This document shows positions 30,525-39,834 of a DNA stretch of 64,000 nucleotides, piece after piece. This DNA is from an uncultured Clostridia bacterium (GTDB lineage Bacteria; Bacillota; Clostridia; TANB77; CAG-508). Below the pieces are notes generated by a model that had not been told where the DNA came from, did no database searches, and saw nothing but the letters and a program-made list of their open reading frames with translations. The position numbers and the translations under genes were made by a program. Positions within the stretch are counted from its first letter, which is position 1; the number at the start of each line of letters is the position of its first letter. The stretch is from assembly GCA_944393135.1 (NCBI GenBank), contig CALXZC010000001.1, positions 9,501 to 73,500 on the forward strand. The letters are read 5' to 3'.

Positions 30525-31369
30525 ATATTGAAAAGATAATGAAAAATATAGCAAATAAATTTACACCCGAATATTTGGAAAAATTATCTAAAAACCATTA
30601 CAATGAAGACCGAAATTACCCAGAAAATTTCTCTAATTGGTATCCACATATAAAAAGTTTTGGACAATTTAAAAATGCTAAAATTATATATAATCAAGTA
30701 TTTACTTTGCAAGAAGTAAACACAATGCAAGAAACAGATAATATAAGTGATGTAAATTGGAATAAACTTAATCTTATATTAAAACCCACATTAGATAAAA
30801 TGAACGATTATAAGTTATATAGTATTAAAAATGGTTGTTTTTCAAATAAGTTTGATTTTAGCACTTGTATAACAGATAAAAAACATTTAGCCGAAAATTT
30901 ATGGAAATTAAATTATGTTTCTTCTATGTATGATACTGGTGGGTATACGGAATTAGTTGTTAGGGAATTAATACCCTATAATAATAGAGTTACACCTACA
31001 ATATATAATGGAATGCCTTTGAGGACAGAGTTAAGAGTATTTTATAATATGGATAAAAAGAAGATTGAATATGTTACAGATTATTGGGATTATGATTATT
31101 GTTATGAAAATCTACCAAATATAACGGATAAAATAATATTTAAATGGTTTCATCAACAAGATAGTACTATTGAACGTTTAAAGTATATAACAGATTATAT
31201 TTATAAAAATATACATAGTTTGGAATTTGATGATACCTTGAAGGGTATATGGAGTATAGATTTTATGTTGTGTACAGATTGTGAAGATAACTATAATGGT
31301 ATATATTTAATAGATATGGCAAGAGGATTTAGAAGTGCCTACTGGAATAAAGATAAAATAGAGGAGTGA
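30509..31369 (+). CDS. hypothetical protein (possibly ATP-grasp-like)
   Basis: Roughly 287-aa ORF; TELRVFY...WSIDFM...YLIDMARG pattern is suggestive only. Confidence 0.35.
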   Translation: MENNLDIEKIMKNIANKFTPEYLEKLSKNHYNEDRNYPENFSNWYPHIKSFGQFKNAKIIYNQVFTLQEVNTMQETDNISDVNWNKLNLILKPTLDKMNDYKLYSIKNGCFSNKFDFSTCITDKKHLAENLWKLNYVSSMYDTGGYTELVVRELIPYNNRVTPTIYNGMPLRTELRVFYNMDKKKIEYVTDYWDYDYCYENLPNITDKIIFKWFHQQDSTIERLKYITDYIYKNIHSLEFDDTLKGIWSIDFMLCTDCEDNYNGIYLIDMARGFRSAYWNKDKIEE

Positions 31370-31374
31370 TTTAT

Positions 31375-31665
31375 ATGGGTATGGCAATGAGAGGTGTAAC
31401 ACATTGTAGTGAATGTGGAAGTCCTTTGGGAATGGGTGAATTTGGTATATGTCAAACGTGTATAAATGAAAAGAATAATAAAGTTAAACAAGAACAAGAA
31501 AAAAGATTAGAAAGAGTATTAAGTATATTTGATGGTGTTACAAATAAAGAGATTGTAGCATTTAGAAGATTTTTAAAAACATTAGATAAAGAAGAAAGAA
31601 AAAAGGAAATACAATATAGAATGTTAGAGCTACAAAAGGAATTAGATAATTTAAATAAGGAGTAA
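31375..31665 (+). CDS. zinc-ribbon / coiled-coil protein
   Basis: CSECGSPL...CQTC motif. Confidence 0.45.
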   Translation: MGMAMRGVTHCSECGSPLGMGEFGICQTCINEKNNKVKQEQEKRLERVLSIFDGVTNKEIVAFRRFLKTLDKEERKKEIQYRMLELQKELDNLNKE

Positions 31666-31669
31666 TTAA

Positions 31670-32131
31670 ATGAGAGATATAACAAGTAATATAAAGTCAT
31701 TTTTTACAAAAACATATAATAAAGATGATACAACTCCTTATGCTTGGTATAATACACAATATAAAAAACTAAATGAAGAACAAATAAATAAATTAAAAGA
31801 ATATTGTTTTAATAAAAAATTTATTAGGTGTTTATTTATAGTAAACAACATAGAAGAAACTAGACCACAAAGAACTTGGGGAAGTATGCCAGAATGGTTT
31901 AGACCAAATAGTATGTTTCATAGTTTTCATAATAGTCCAGTAGATAATAGTTTTGTATTTGCTATATATTATACAGCTGAAACTTGGACATATTATACTG
32001 CAGAAGAAATATTAGATAGTATAGAAAGTTTTCCAAATAAGTGTGAAGTATATTTTTATTATAAAGATAAATTAAATGTTAATAATTTATCAGACAAATT
32101 TAATTTTAATTTAATAATAGAAGGGGAGTAA
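31670..32131 (+). CDS. hypothetical protein
   Basis: 153-aa ORF, RBS TAAGGAG. Confidence 0.5.
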   Translation: MRDITSNIKSFFTKTYNKDDTTPYAWYNTQYKKLNEEQINKLKEYCFNKKFIRCLFIVNNIEETRPQRTWGSMPEWFRPNSMFHSFHNSPVDNSFVFAIYYTAETWTYYTAEEILDSIESFPNKCEVYFYYKDKLNVNNLSDKFNFNLIIEGE

Positions 32132-32133
32132 GT

Positions 32134-32340
32134 ATGAATAGTGGAATTTATATAAGAGTAGATAAGAAAAATATGTTATTAGAACAGATGACGGAGGAAC
32201 AAAGAACAGAATGGTTAAAAACATTAAGTACAGAAGGATTAATAAGAACAGTAAATATATTAGCAAATGTATTACAATATATAGAAACAGAAACAGATAG
32301 ATTAGACTTAGAAGGAGATTACGACGATTATACAGAATAA
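32134..32340 (+). CDS. hypothetical protein
   Basis: 68-aa ORF, RBS GGGGAG. Confidence 0.4.
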   Translation: MNSGIYIRVDKKNMLLEQMTEEQRTEWLKTLSTEGLIRTVNILANVLQYIETETDRLDLEGDYDDYTE

Positions 32341-32352
32341 AGGAGTAGATAT

Positions 32353-33012
32353 ATGGAAATATGGTTACATTCAAATCCTAAATATACAAAAAGAGAATCA
32401 ATACCTATTAAATATGATATAAATCCTGGAATAACAATGTTAATAGGTCCAAATGGGAGTGGAAAAACAACAGCATTGTCCCAACTACGTTCATTGTTTT
32501 CTACAGAGGATGATTTAGTTAAAAAGTGGAATACAATAGAAATTAACGATAGTATTAGAAATTTATATAGTTCTTATTTATATGATAATGTATATGAGGA
32601 AACATTTACAAAATCCACTTGGGGAGCTACAGATCATATAGATAGAGTAGCACAAACATTTGAAAATTCTGAAGGACAAAATATGTATGATTACTTATAT
32701 TACAAAATAAATGAAATAGGACAAGCTGTTACAAAAGCTATTAAAAATAATAAAAAAGGTATATTCTTATTATTTGATGGATTAGATTCAGGTTTATCTT
32801 TAGATGTAATAAATACAATAAGAAAAAGTGTATTAGAATTTATAATAGAAACAGAAAAGAAAAGAAGTAACTTAGAAGTTTATATTGTATGTTCAGCAAA
32901 TAGTTATGAATTTTGTAACAATTACGATTGTATAGATGTAACAAATCAAGAACATATTACTTTTACTAATTATGAAGATTATAGTAAATATTTTATAAAG
33001 GAAGATGTTTAA
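32353..33012 (+). CDS. P-loop ATPase (ABC/AAA-like)
   Basis: Walker A LIGPNGSGKTT; Walker B-like FLLFDGLDSGLS. Confidence 0.6.
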   Translation: MEIWLHSNPKYTKRESIPIKYDINPGITMLIGPNGSGKTTALSQLRSLFSTEDDLVKKWNTIEINDSIRNLYSSYLYDNVYEETFTKSTWGATDHIDRVAQTFENSEGQNMYDYLYYKINEIGQAVTKAIKNNKKGIFLLFDGLDSGLSLDVINTIRKSVLEFIIETEKKRSNLEVYIVCSANSYEFCNNYDCIDVTNQEHITFTNYEDYSKYFIKEDV

Positions 33013-33242
33013 TGGATAGAAAAGAACAAAGTAAATTAATTATTCATAATTTAACTAATTTAAGTGATTGGGATGTATTACATTATATTATAAAAGTTGT
33101 ACAAGAAGGTTTAGTTAGTGAAACTAAAAATGGTAAACAATATAGTTTTGCAACAACATTTACAAATGGATATACAGTCGTTGCCAGTAAAAATAAACAA
33201 AATACTCATACATTTTGGATATATAAAGAAAGTAAGGAGTAA
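33012..33242 (+). CDS. hypothetical protein
   Basis: 76-aa ORF, start overlaps upstream stop. Confidence 0.4.
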   Translation: MDRKEQSKLIIHNLTNLSDWDVLHYIIKVVQEGLVSETKNGKQYSFATTFTNGYTVVASKNKQNTHTFWIYKESKE

Positions 33243-33245
33243 TAA

Positions 33246-33509
33246 ATGGAGAATGAATTTGTAAAAGGATTAAGTGGAATTAATATTAAATACATAGGAC
33301 AGCATTTAAATCATTATCATATATGTGAAATTTGGTTATTAGGTAAATTATTTAATCATAGAGCTAGAACTATACAAATGTATTGTCCACATAATATTAA
33401 ATGTATTAATATGGGACATTCAGAATATTGTGATAATTGTAAACATTATAGAAGATTTAATTTAACTGATAACGGTAATCATATAACAAATTTAGTAGAT
33501 AAGGAGTAA
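33246..33509 (+). CDS. Cys/His-rich small protein
   Basis: 87-aa ORF, RBS TAAGGAG. Confidence 0.4.
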   Translation: MENEFVKGLSGINIKYIGQHLNHYHICEIWLLGKLFNHRARTIQMYCPHNIKCINMGHSEYCDNCKHYRRFNLTDNGNHITNLVDKE

Positions 33510-33511
33510 TA

Positions 33512-34048
33512 ATGGAAAAAATAGATTTAAATAATTATATAAGTAATAATGGAAGTATAATTTATATATTTTTAGATGTTGATGGTGTTTTAAATAGTGA
33601 AAATTATATTATTAAATGTTATGAAAAACATTATAAGCCAATGCATATGAACCACGTTCCATTTGACCCAAAATGTTTAAATAATTTAATGTTGTTAGTA
33701 CAAGAATTGGAAAAACATACATTAAAAGATGTAAAAATAATTTTAAGTTCTACTTGGCGATTAAGTGAAGTAGATTATGAAATTGTAAACGCAAGACTTG
33801 CGGAATATGGTTTAACATTAAGTGGTAAAACATCTTACATACACGGAGAACGTGGTAAAGAAATAAAAGAGTATTTAGATTCTTTAAGATATAAATGTTA
33901 TAATTTTATAATATTAGACGACGATATAAATGATATTATACCTTATTTTCCTAACAATTTAATTAGAACAACTAGCAAAACAGGATTTTCAAAAAGATAT
34001 TTAAATAAGGCTTTAAAATTCTTTAATATAGAGGAGGAAGTTAGATAG
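33512..34048 (+). CDS. HAD-superfamily phosphatase-like protein
   Basis: Motif I IFLDVDGVLN; later SSTWR and ILDDD motifs. Confidence 0.5.
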   Translation: MEKIDLNNYISNNGSIIYIFLDVDGVLNSENYIIKCYEKHYKPMHMNHVPFDPKCLNNLMLLVQELEKHTLKDVKIILSSTWRLSEVDYEIVNARLAEYGLTLSGKTSYIHGERGKEIKEYLDSLRYKCYNFIILDDDINDIIPYFPNNLIRTTSKTGFSKRYLNKALKFFNIEEEVR

Positions 34049-34530
34049 TGGAGAATGATAAAATTATAATTAAAAAATCACCAAATGCTGATACAAGAAC
34101 AGCTAAAGAGGAAGTAACTAAAAAAGAATTATTACAGCAAACATATTCTCATATAGATGATGTAAATAATGTAGGCAATTTTTTAGCTAATAAATTTAAA
34201 GAACAAATAAAACAACACGACCATACAAAAGTAGAAGGAATAGACCAATTCTATGAAGATTTTACAAGTGGTAAAAAAGATAAAGATTTTAAAGAACTAC
34301 CTTGGTGGCAATTACATATGACAGAAAGACACCATTTAAATGATAGTGTACCAGAAGATGTAAATTTATTAGATGTATTAGAAATGGTAGTAGATTGTAC
34401 AGTAGCAGGACTTGCAAGAGGAGGAAGTGCCGACAAAATATATCCAATAACTATTCCACAAGAAGTATTAGAACAGGCAATAGATAATACAAAACAATTA
34501 ATAATTGATAATACAAAATTGGAGGATTAA
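34048..34530 (+). CDS. hypothetical protein with His-rich motif
   Basis: QHDHTKV...LHMTERHHL; RBS GAGGAGG. Confidence 0.45.
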   Translation: MENDKIIIKKSPNADTRTAKEEVTKKELLQQTYSHIDDVNNVGNFLANKFKEQIKQHDHTKVEGIDQFYEDFTSGKKDKDFKELPWWQLHMTERHHLNDSVPEDVNLLDVLEMVVDCTVAGLARGGSADKIYPITIPQEVLEQAIDNTKQLIIDNTKLED

Positions 34531-34533
34531 TAA

Positions 34534-34968
34534 GTGAGAGATATAGAATTTAAAGGTAAATTAAAGAATTCGGGTGAGTGGGTTTTTGGAAACTTGTGTA
34601 AAAGAGTTAATAGTGGATATATAATAACTCCCGATGAAACACCGATAGGAAAATACGGTGCAATACAAGAAGGAACTGAATCACAGTACACAGGAATAAA
34701 TGATATAGAAGGAAATAAAATATATGAAAATGATATATTGGAAATGACAGAAGAAGGAAGAATACTATTTGGTTCAGATAATTATCCTTGTTCTAAGTAT
34801 CAGTTAGTGGGATTTAATGATGGATGTTTTATGACAAGTAGAAACGAAATAGCACCTAAAACACATTATGATACTTATTTATGGGTAATAAAAGATTATG
34901 TAAAAGTAGTAGGAAATAAATTCGATAATCCTGAACTGTTAGAAGAAGGTGATAAAAAGTATGTCTAA
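34534..34968 (+). CDS. YopX-family protein
   Basis: QYTGINDIEGNKIYENDIL and terminal GNKFDNPELLE are YopX hallmarks. Confidence 0.7.
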   Translation: MRDIEFKGKLKNSGEWVFGNLCKRVNSGYIITPDETPIGKYGAIQEGTESQYTGINDIEGNKIYENDILEMTEEGRILFGSDNYPCSKYQLVGFNDGCFMTSRNEIAPKTHYDTYLWVIKDYVKVVGNKFDNPELLEEGDKKYV

Positions 34969-35179
34969 AAAGAAAAATAAAGATATATTGGAAGTATGGT
35001 TTACCTTAAAAGACAATAAACAAAAATACGAAGTAAGAACATTTTATAATGAAAAAGATAGATATGTAACAGTAGAAATAAAAGATATGTCAAAAGAACA
35101 AGCCGAAAATTATATAAATACATTAAAGAAAGAAATGTATATGTATAAAATAGAAGTTAGTCGGAAGAATAATATATAG
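34961..35179 (+). CDS. hypothetical protein; contains the ninth in-frame CGG (35162) five codons before its stop
   Basis: ORF ...YKIEVS-cgg-KNNI*; the +1 alternative reads GRIIYRHKELYNKIFPKK*. Confidence 0.4.
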   Translation: MSKKKNKDILEVWFTLKDNKQKYEVRTFYNEKDRYVTVEIKDMSKEQAENYINTLKKEMYMYKIEVSRKNNI

Positions 35180-35210
35180 ACATAAAGAATTATATAATAA
35201 AATATTTCCA

Positions 35211-35247
35211 AAAAAGTAAATATTATATATTTACTTTTTATTTTTTA
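35211..35247 (+). terminator. intrinsic terminator
   Basis: AAAAAGTAAATA / TATTTACTTTTT stem followed by ATTTTTT. Confidence 0.7.
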
Positions 35248-35257
35248 TTAAAAACAC

Positions 35258-35286
35258 TTTACAAATTTTTAAATATATTATAAAAT
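35258..35286 (+). promoter_or_regulatory. sigma-70-type promoter (family 1)
   Basis: CACTTTACAAATTTTTAAATATATTATAAAAT = TTTACA, 17-nt spacer, TAAAAT. Confidence 0.6.
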
Positions 35287-35349
35287 ATATTACAACAGGT
35301 GTTATAAAAATATGTAAAGGATATTAGTAAATTAAGGAGGTAAAATAAT

Positions 35350-35832
35350 TTGAAAAATTTAAAATATACATCTACACAAAGAAAAGTGTATTATGATATG
35401 GATGGATTAGAATATGAAGAAGGTGATATCGTGAAAAATACCTTCTTTGGAGATTTATGGGTAGTAAGATATTCAGAACCCGAAGATGAAACAGATTGTT
35501 TATATCAATTAGTATTATGGGATGATAGAAAACAATACAGTATGGATATAGATGAACCAACTCAATTTAAAATAATATGTAAAAGAAATAATCTAGAATA
35601 TAAACAAATATTAAAAGATATTAAACAAGTAAAGAAACATAGAAGAAAGAAAGATAGATGTTGTAAAACTTGGTATAAAGTTTTAAAGGCTTTGTTAAAA
35701 GTAGTAGCTTGTTTGATATTTATGTCTTTATTTGTATTATCAGCAATATTTATACCTGTAATATCAACCACGATAACTATTGTTGTAATACTTATTTTCT
35801 TATTTATACATTTTTATACTGAGGAGGGATAA
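35350..35832 (+). CDS. C-terminally membrane-anchored protein
   Basis: TTG start after AAGGAGG; two C-terminal TM helices. Confidence 0.5.
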   Translation: MKNLKYTSTQRKVYYDMDGLEYEEGDIVKNTFFGDLWVVRYSEPEDETDCLYQLVLWDDRKQYSMDIDEPTQFKIICKRNNLEYKQILKDIKQVKKHRRKKDRCCKTWYKVLKALLKVVACLIFMSLFVLSAIFIPVISTTITIVVILIFLFIHFYTEEG

Positions 35833-35834
35833 TA

Positions 35835-36350
35835 TTGCATTATGCAGATATAAAATATCCAGATGTAGCAAATGGGTTAGGTGTTCGAGTATCTTTATTT
35901 GTAAGTGGATGTAGAAGAAATTGTCCTGAATGTTTTAATAAAGAGGCACAAGATTTTAAATATGGAAAACCATTTACAGATAAAGAAATAGATTTTATAG
36001 AAAGTAAATTAAAATTACCTCAAGTAAGAGGATTAACTTTACTTGGTGGAGAACCTATGGAAAAAGAAAATGCAGCAGAGTTACTACCATTGTGTAAATA
36101 CCTAAAAAGTATATACACAAATAAAGATATATGGTGTTATACAGGATACACTTATGAAGAATTGGTTAATAGAAATAGTTCTGTAGTAAACGAATTATTA
36201 CATTATATAGATGTATTAGTAGATGGAGATTATCAAAAGGATAAACACGATTTAAGTTTAAAGTTTAGAGGTTCAAGTAATCAAAGAATAATAGATGTAC
36301 AAAAAACATTAAAAACAAAAAATATAGGATTAGTTAGGGAGTTAATGTAA
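35835..36350 (+). CDS. nrdG: anaerobic ribonucleotide reductase activating protein (radical SAM)
   Basis: DVANGLGVRVSLFVSGCRRNCPECFN cluster motif and LTLLGGEP. Confidence 0.85.
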   Translation: MHYADIKYPDVANGLGVRVSLFVSGCRRNCPECFNKEAQDFKYGKPFTDKEIDFIESKLKLPQVRGLTLLGGEPMEKENAAELLPLCKYLKSIYTNKDIWCYTGYTYEELVNRNSSVVNELLHYIDVLVDGDYQKDKHDLSLKFRGSSNQRIIDVQKTLKTKNIGLVRELM

Positions 36351-37283
36351 ATGAGTAAAAATAGAAAACTTATTGAAAGTTTATTTAAACAAATAGAAAA
36401 GGACTTAGGATATCACATTGTAGATGAACAATATGGAAATTGTTATTTTATAGTAGAGAGTAAAGAACCTGATACCATATGCCATTTTCATATAAAAGAG
36501 TTACCAGGATATTTATTTGGAATATGGAATATATGTAGATACAATACAATACAGTATGAAGTAGAAAATAATTTATCTTTATGGTCAGATAACCTACATA
36601 TTAGTAGTAAATCAGAACTAATATTTTTTACTCAATATGAAAAAGAAGTAGATAAATTTAAGCCTTCACGTTCTGGAATGGTAACTGGGTTAAGAAGAAT
36701 AACATATGAAGAGGATGATAAATTAATAACAGAGTGGGATATAAATGAATTAGAAGTTGTGTTAAATTATATGAAAAAGCATAAGTATAAAGCTTATGTT
36801 AATATTTATAATGAGAATAAATTTGTGTATAAAGAGTATAGTAGTTTTATATGTTTTAGAATTTATTATAGACATAAATGGAATAGATTTACAACTAATA
36901 TTAAGAATAATTTAAAATTAAAAATACAAATTTATAAAAGTAAAAAGTTAGTTAGAAGATTAAAAGATGCATATTATTACATTTTAGATTATAGGGAAAA
37001 TTGTTATCCTAGAATACATATAATTGTTAGAAGAAAACCAGATATAGATATTGATACATTTATAGATAATATAAATATGTTACAAAAATTTGATTATGAT
37101 AATACAGATATTTCTGTTTTTTGGATGGATATGGATATTTCGGAAAGATTAAATAAAAAGGAAAGAATTGAGGATAAGGATTTACTTAAAAGGTTTAATG
37201 ATATACAAAGTAATCTTATGGAAGAAGCTAACGACCCTGAAAATGATGAACCTAGAATATTAATAGAAACAAACGTTAAGTAA
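36351..37283 (+). CDS. hypothetical protein
   Basis: 310-aa ORF abutting the nrdG stop. Confidence 0.5.
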   Translation: MSKNRKLIESLFKQIEKDLGYHIVDEQYGNCYFIVESKEPDTICHFHIKELPGYLFGIWNICRYNTIQYEVENNLSLWSDNLHISSKSELIFFTQYEKEVDKFKPSRSGMVTGLRRITYEEDDKLITEWDINELEVVLNYMKKHKYKAYVNIYNENKFVYKEYSSFICFRIYYRHKWNRFTTNIKNNLKLKIQIYKSKKLVRRLKDAYYYILDYRENCYPRIHIIVRRKPDIDIDTFIDNINMLQKFDYDNTDISVFWMDMDISERLNKKERIEDKDLLKRFNDIQSNLMEEANDPENDEPRILIETNVK

Positions 37284-37307
37284 ATTTATAAATTTAATTA
37301 TAAACCC

Positions 37308-37336
37308 TTTACAAATTTAAAAATATAATATATAAT
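37308..37336 (+). promoter_or_regulatory. sigma-70-type promoter (family 1)
   Basis: CCCTTTACAAATTTAAAAATATAATATATAAT = TTTACA, 17-nt spacer, TATAAT. Confidence 0.65.
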
Positions 37337-37369
37337 TCATCTAAATAATGTGGAAAGGAGGTTATTAAT

Positions 37370-37594
37370 ATGAATAGTGATGCTTTTACTATACAAGTAC
37401 CATTTGAAATTGGAGATATAATACGTCCACAAGGATTTATAAATACTTATAAAATTTTAGATATAATAACAATATATTATTCTAAAACTAAAAAAGTAGA
37501 AGTTATATTACAATTAAAAGATTTAGACTTTAATACTGTTAATTACTATATTTATCCAGAATACAAATGGGATTTAGTAGTATGTAACAATTAA
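37370..37594 (+). CDS. hypothetical protein
   Basis: 74-aa ORF, RBS AAAGGAGG. Confidence 0.45.
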   Translation: MNSDAFTIQVPFEIGDIIRPQGFINTYKILDIITIYYSKTKKVEVILQLKDLDFNTVNYYIYPEYKWDLVVCNN

Positions 37595-37613
37595 AACGAG
37601 GAGGATTTGAATT

Positions 37614-39140
37614 ATGGAAAACACAAAGGATATATTATGTCCAGATTGTGAATCTGAATACATTTCATCTTTAAGATTTTATAAAAAAGGTAAATGTGTT
37701 CAATGTGAACGTAGACAAAAGATGGCAGAAAAGAAAGGTAAAGAATATATACCTATTTGTAAATTATCAAAAAAAGAACAAAAATCTATATTTAAAAGAA
37801 GAAAAGCTAAAAAAGTAAATGTTACTAAAAGTGTTAGTACACAAAATAAAATTAATACAAAACAAAAACTAGTAGTAAGAGGAGCCGAAAGAAAATATAG
37901 TAATGAATTATTAGAATATTGTATTAATTTGAAACAACAAGGTTATACAGGTAATCAAATAGTAGAAGAAGTACAACAAACTAAAGATGCTAATATAAAT
38001 AAAAAAGGTTTATTAAGTGCTATATGGAGATATGAAAATAATAAATATAATGAAAATAATAAAATTGGTAACAAATCATCAAAAGTTAATCCTATAATAA
38101 AAACAACTATTATTAATAAGGATAATTTGGATAAAATAGGTGTTAATATAAAGGAAGAAGATTTAGTAGAAAAAGATAAGCAATTTAAACAAATTTATAA
38201 AGAAGGTGTAATGCTACAACAAGAAAAACAAAATTTAATAAAAGATTATATGGAAACTAAACAAGAATTACAAAATTTAGATGAGGACGCTGTAATGTTA
38301 CAATTAAAACACAAAGTAGATAAAGTAGCTGAGAAAAAATTTATTACTTTAAATTGTAATGAACCTGAAACATATAATACAGACTCGTATATTCAAATGT
38401 TAGAAATGTTACAGTATTTATCTTATAATGTACAACAAATATTAAAAAGTAGGCAAACACAACACGATATAATGAATGCTTATCAAGATGATGTATTACA
38501 CGAAATTGAAAAAAGTGAAATTGTAAAAGGGGATAATTTATTACAAGCTAAATTACAAATAGTTAGAAATAAAAGAAGATATTACGAATACGATTATAAC
38601 GATATAGGTATAATGAAACAATTTTTAGAATGTATAGATTTAAAAAAATTGGGTATAGTTTTAGGTCAATTAAAAAAATTTAAGGAAGTTAGAGAACATC
38701 CTGTATTTATACCAAGTGTGGATGATGAAATGATAAATAAATATGATTGGGTTGTAAAGCCTAAAAAAGAGATTAATATAAGAATGTCTAAAATTACTTC
38801 AACAGTTTCCGTAATACATAAAGTAGAAGAAATGGTAGAAAAAGATGAAACTGTATTGGCAGATAAATTTAAACAAAAGTTTACAACACCCGAAGAGTTT
38901 TTTCAAATTAATAAAGATACCAAAGTTATTAAAAGAAAGCAACCGGTTGTAAATAAATATAGAGTAAGTTGTAAATTAAGTGGTGGAGGATTTGGAGCGT
39001 TTAGACTTTGGTACAAAGATTATACTTGTATAAATGAAGAATTAGCTGAATCTTTTGCTAAACAAGAATTAGAAAATTTAAAGAAAAAACATAAAGGTAT
39101 ATTAATAACAGAGTTGGATGTTACAAAAATAAATACATAA
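37614..39140 (+). CDS. hypothetical protein with N-terminal zinc ribbon
   Basis: CPDCES...CVQCE; 508-aa K-rich ORF; RBS GAGGAGG. Confidence 0.5.
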   Translation: MENTKDILCPDCESEYISSLRFYKKGKCVQCERRQKMAEKKGKEYIPICKLSKKEQKSIFKRRKAKKVNVTKSVSTQNKINTKQKLVVRGAERKYSNELLEYCINLKQQGYTGNQIVEEVQQTKDANINKKGLLSAIWRYENNKYNENNKIGNKSSKVNPIIKTTIINKDNLDKIGVNIKEEDLVEKDKQFKQIYKEGVMLQQEKQNLIKDYMETKQELQNLDEDAVMLQLKHKVDKVAEKKFITLNCNEPETYNTDSYIQMLEMLQYLSYNVQQILKSRQTQHDIMNAYQDDVLHEIEKSEIVKGDNLLQAKLQIVRNKRRYYEYDYNDIGIMKQFLECIDLKKLGIVLGQLKKFKEVREHPVFIPSVDDEMINKYDWVVKPKKEINIRMSKITSTVSVIHKVEEMVEKDETVLADKFKQKFTTPEEFFQINKDTKVIKRKQPVVNKYRVSCKLSGGGFGAFRLWYKDYTCINEELAESFAKQELENLKKKHKGILITELDVTKINT

Positions 39141-39167
39141 TAAACATAAGAAGGAGGAGTTTAAATA

Positions 39168-39344
39168 ATGGTAAGACAATGTCCAAGATGTGGGAAAACT
39201 TATTATGATTATCCTGCAGTATCAAGAAAAGATAATAAAACAGAAATATGTCCAGAATGTGGACTTGCTGAAGCTTTACTTGCTATAACTGGAGAAAAAG
39301 ATAGAAAATGGTTTAAAGAACCAGAAACAAAGGAGGAAGATTAA
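39168..39344 (+). CDS. small zinc-ribbon protein (not in ORF track)
   Basis: ATG after AAGGAGGAG; MVRQCPRCGKTYYDYP...CPECG; 58 codons then TAA. Confidence 0.5.
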   Translation: MVRQCPRCGKTYYDYPAVSRKDNKTEICPECGLAEALLAITGEKDRKWFKEPETKEED

Positions 39345-39830
39345 TTGGGTAAAGTAATTTATGAATTTAAAAAAGGAAGCAGAATAAATTTAAATGCAGA
39401 GAAAACTTATGAAGAATTACAAACAATAAAAAGAAATAATATATCAAATATATTAGAACCTCCGGAAGTAGTAGAATATGCAAGAAATAATCCACAATCA
39501 GAATTACATAAAGGTTTTGAATGGAACGATTCAAAAGCGGCAGAACAATATAGATTACAACAAGCAAGACAAATTATATATAATATAAGAATTATACAAG
39601 TTGAGGATGATGTAAATGTAGATGTTGCGAAAACAGTAGAATATATTCCATACACACATTTAGATACTATAAGTGGTTATAAATCAACTATAGAAGTGTA
39701 CAAAAATGAAGAAGATTATGAACAATTAAAACAACAAGCATATAGAGATTTATTATATTGGTCTAAGAAATATAATAATATTGTAGAGTTTAAACAAATA
39801 TTTGAAGATATAGAAAATTTAAACTTTTAG
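39345..39830 (+). CDS. hypothetical protein
   Basis: TTG start after AAGGAGG; conserved-looking HKGFEWNDSKAAEQYRLQQARQII. Confidence 0.5.
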   Translation: MGKVIYEFKKGSRINLNAEKTYEELQTIKRNNISNILEPPEVVEYARNNPQSELHKGFEWNDSKAAEQYRLQQARQIIYNIRIIQVEDDVNVDVAKTVEYIPYTHLDTISGYKSTIEVYKNEEDYEQLKQQAYRDLLYWSKKYNNIVEFKQIFEDIENLNF

Positions 39831-39834
39831 TATA

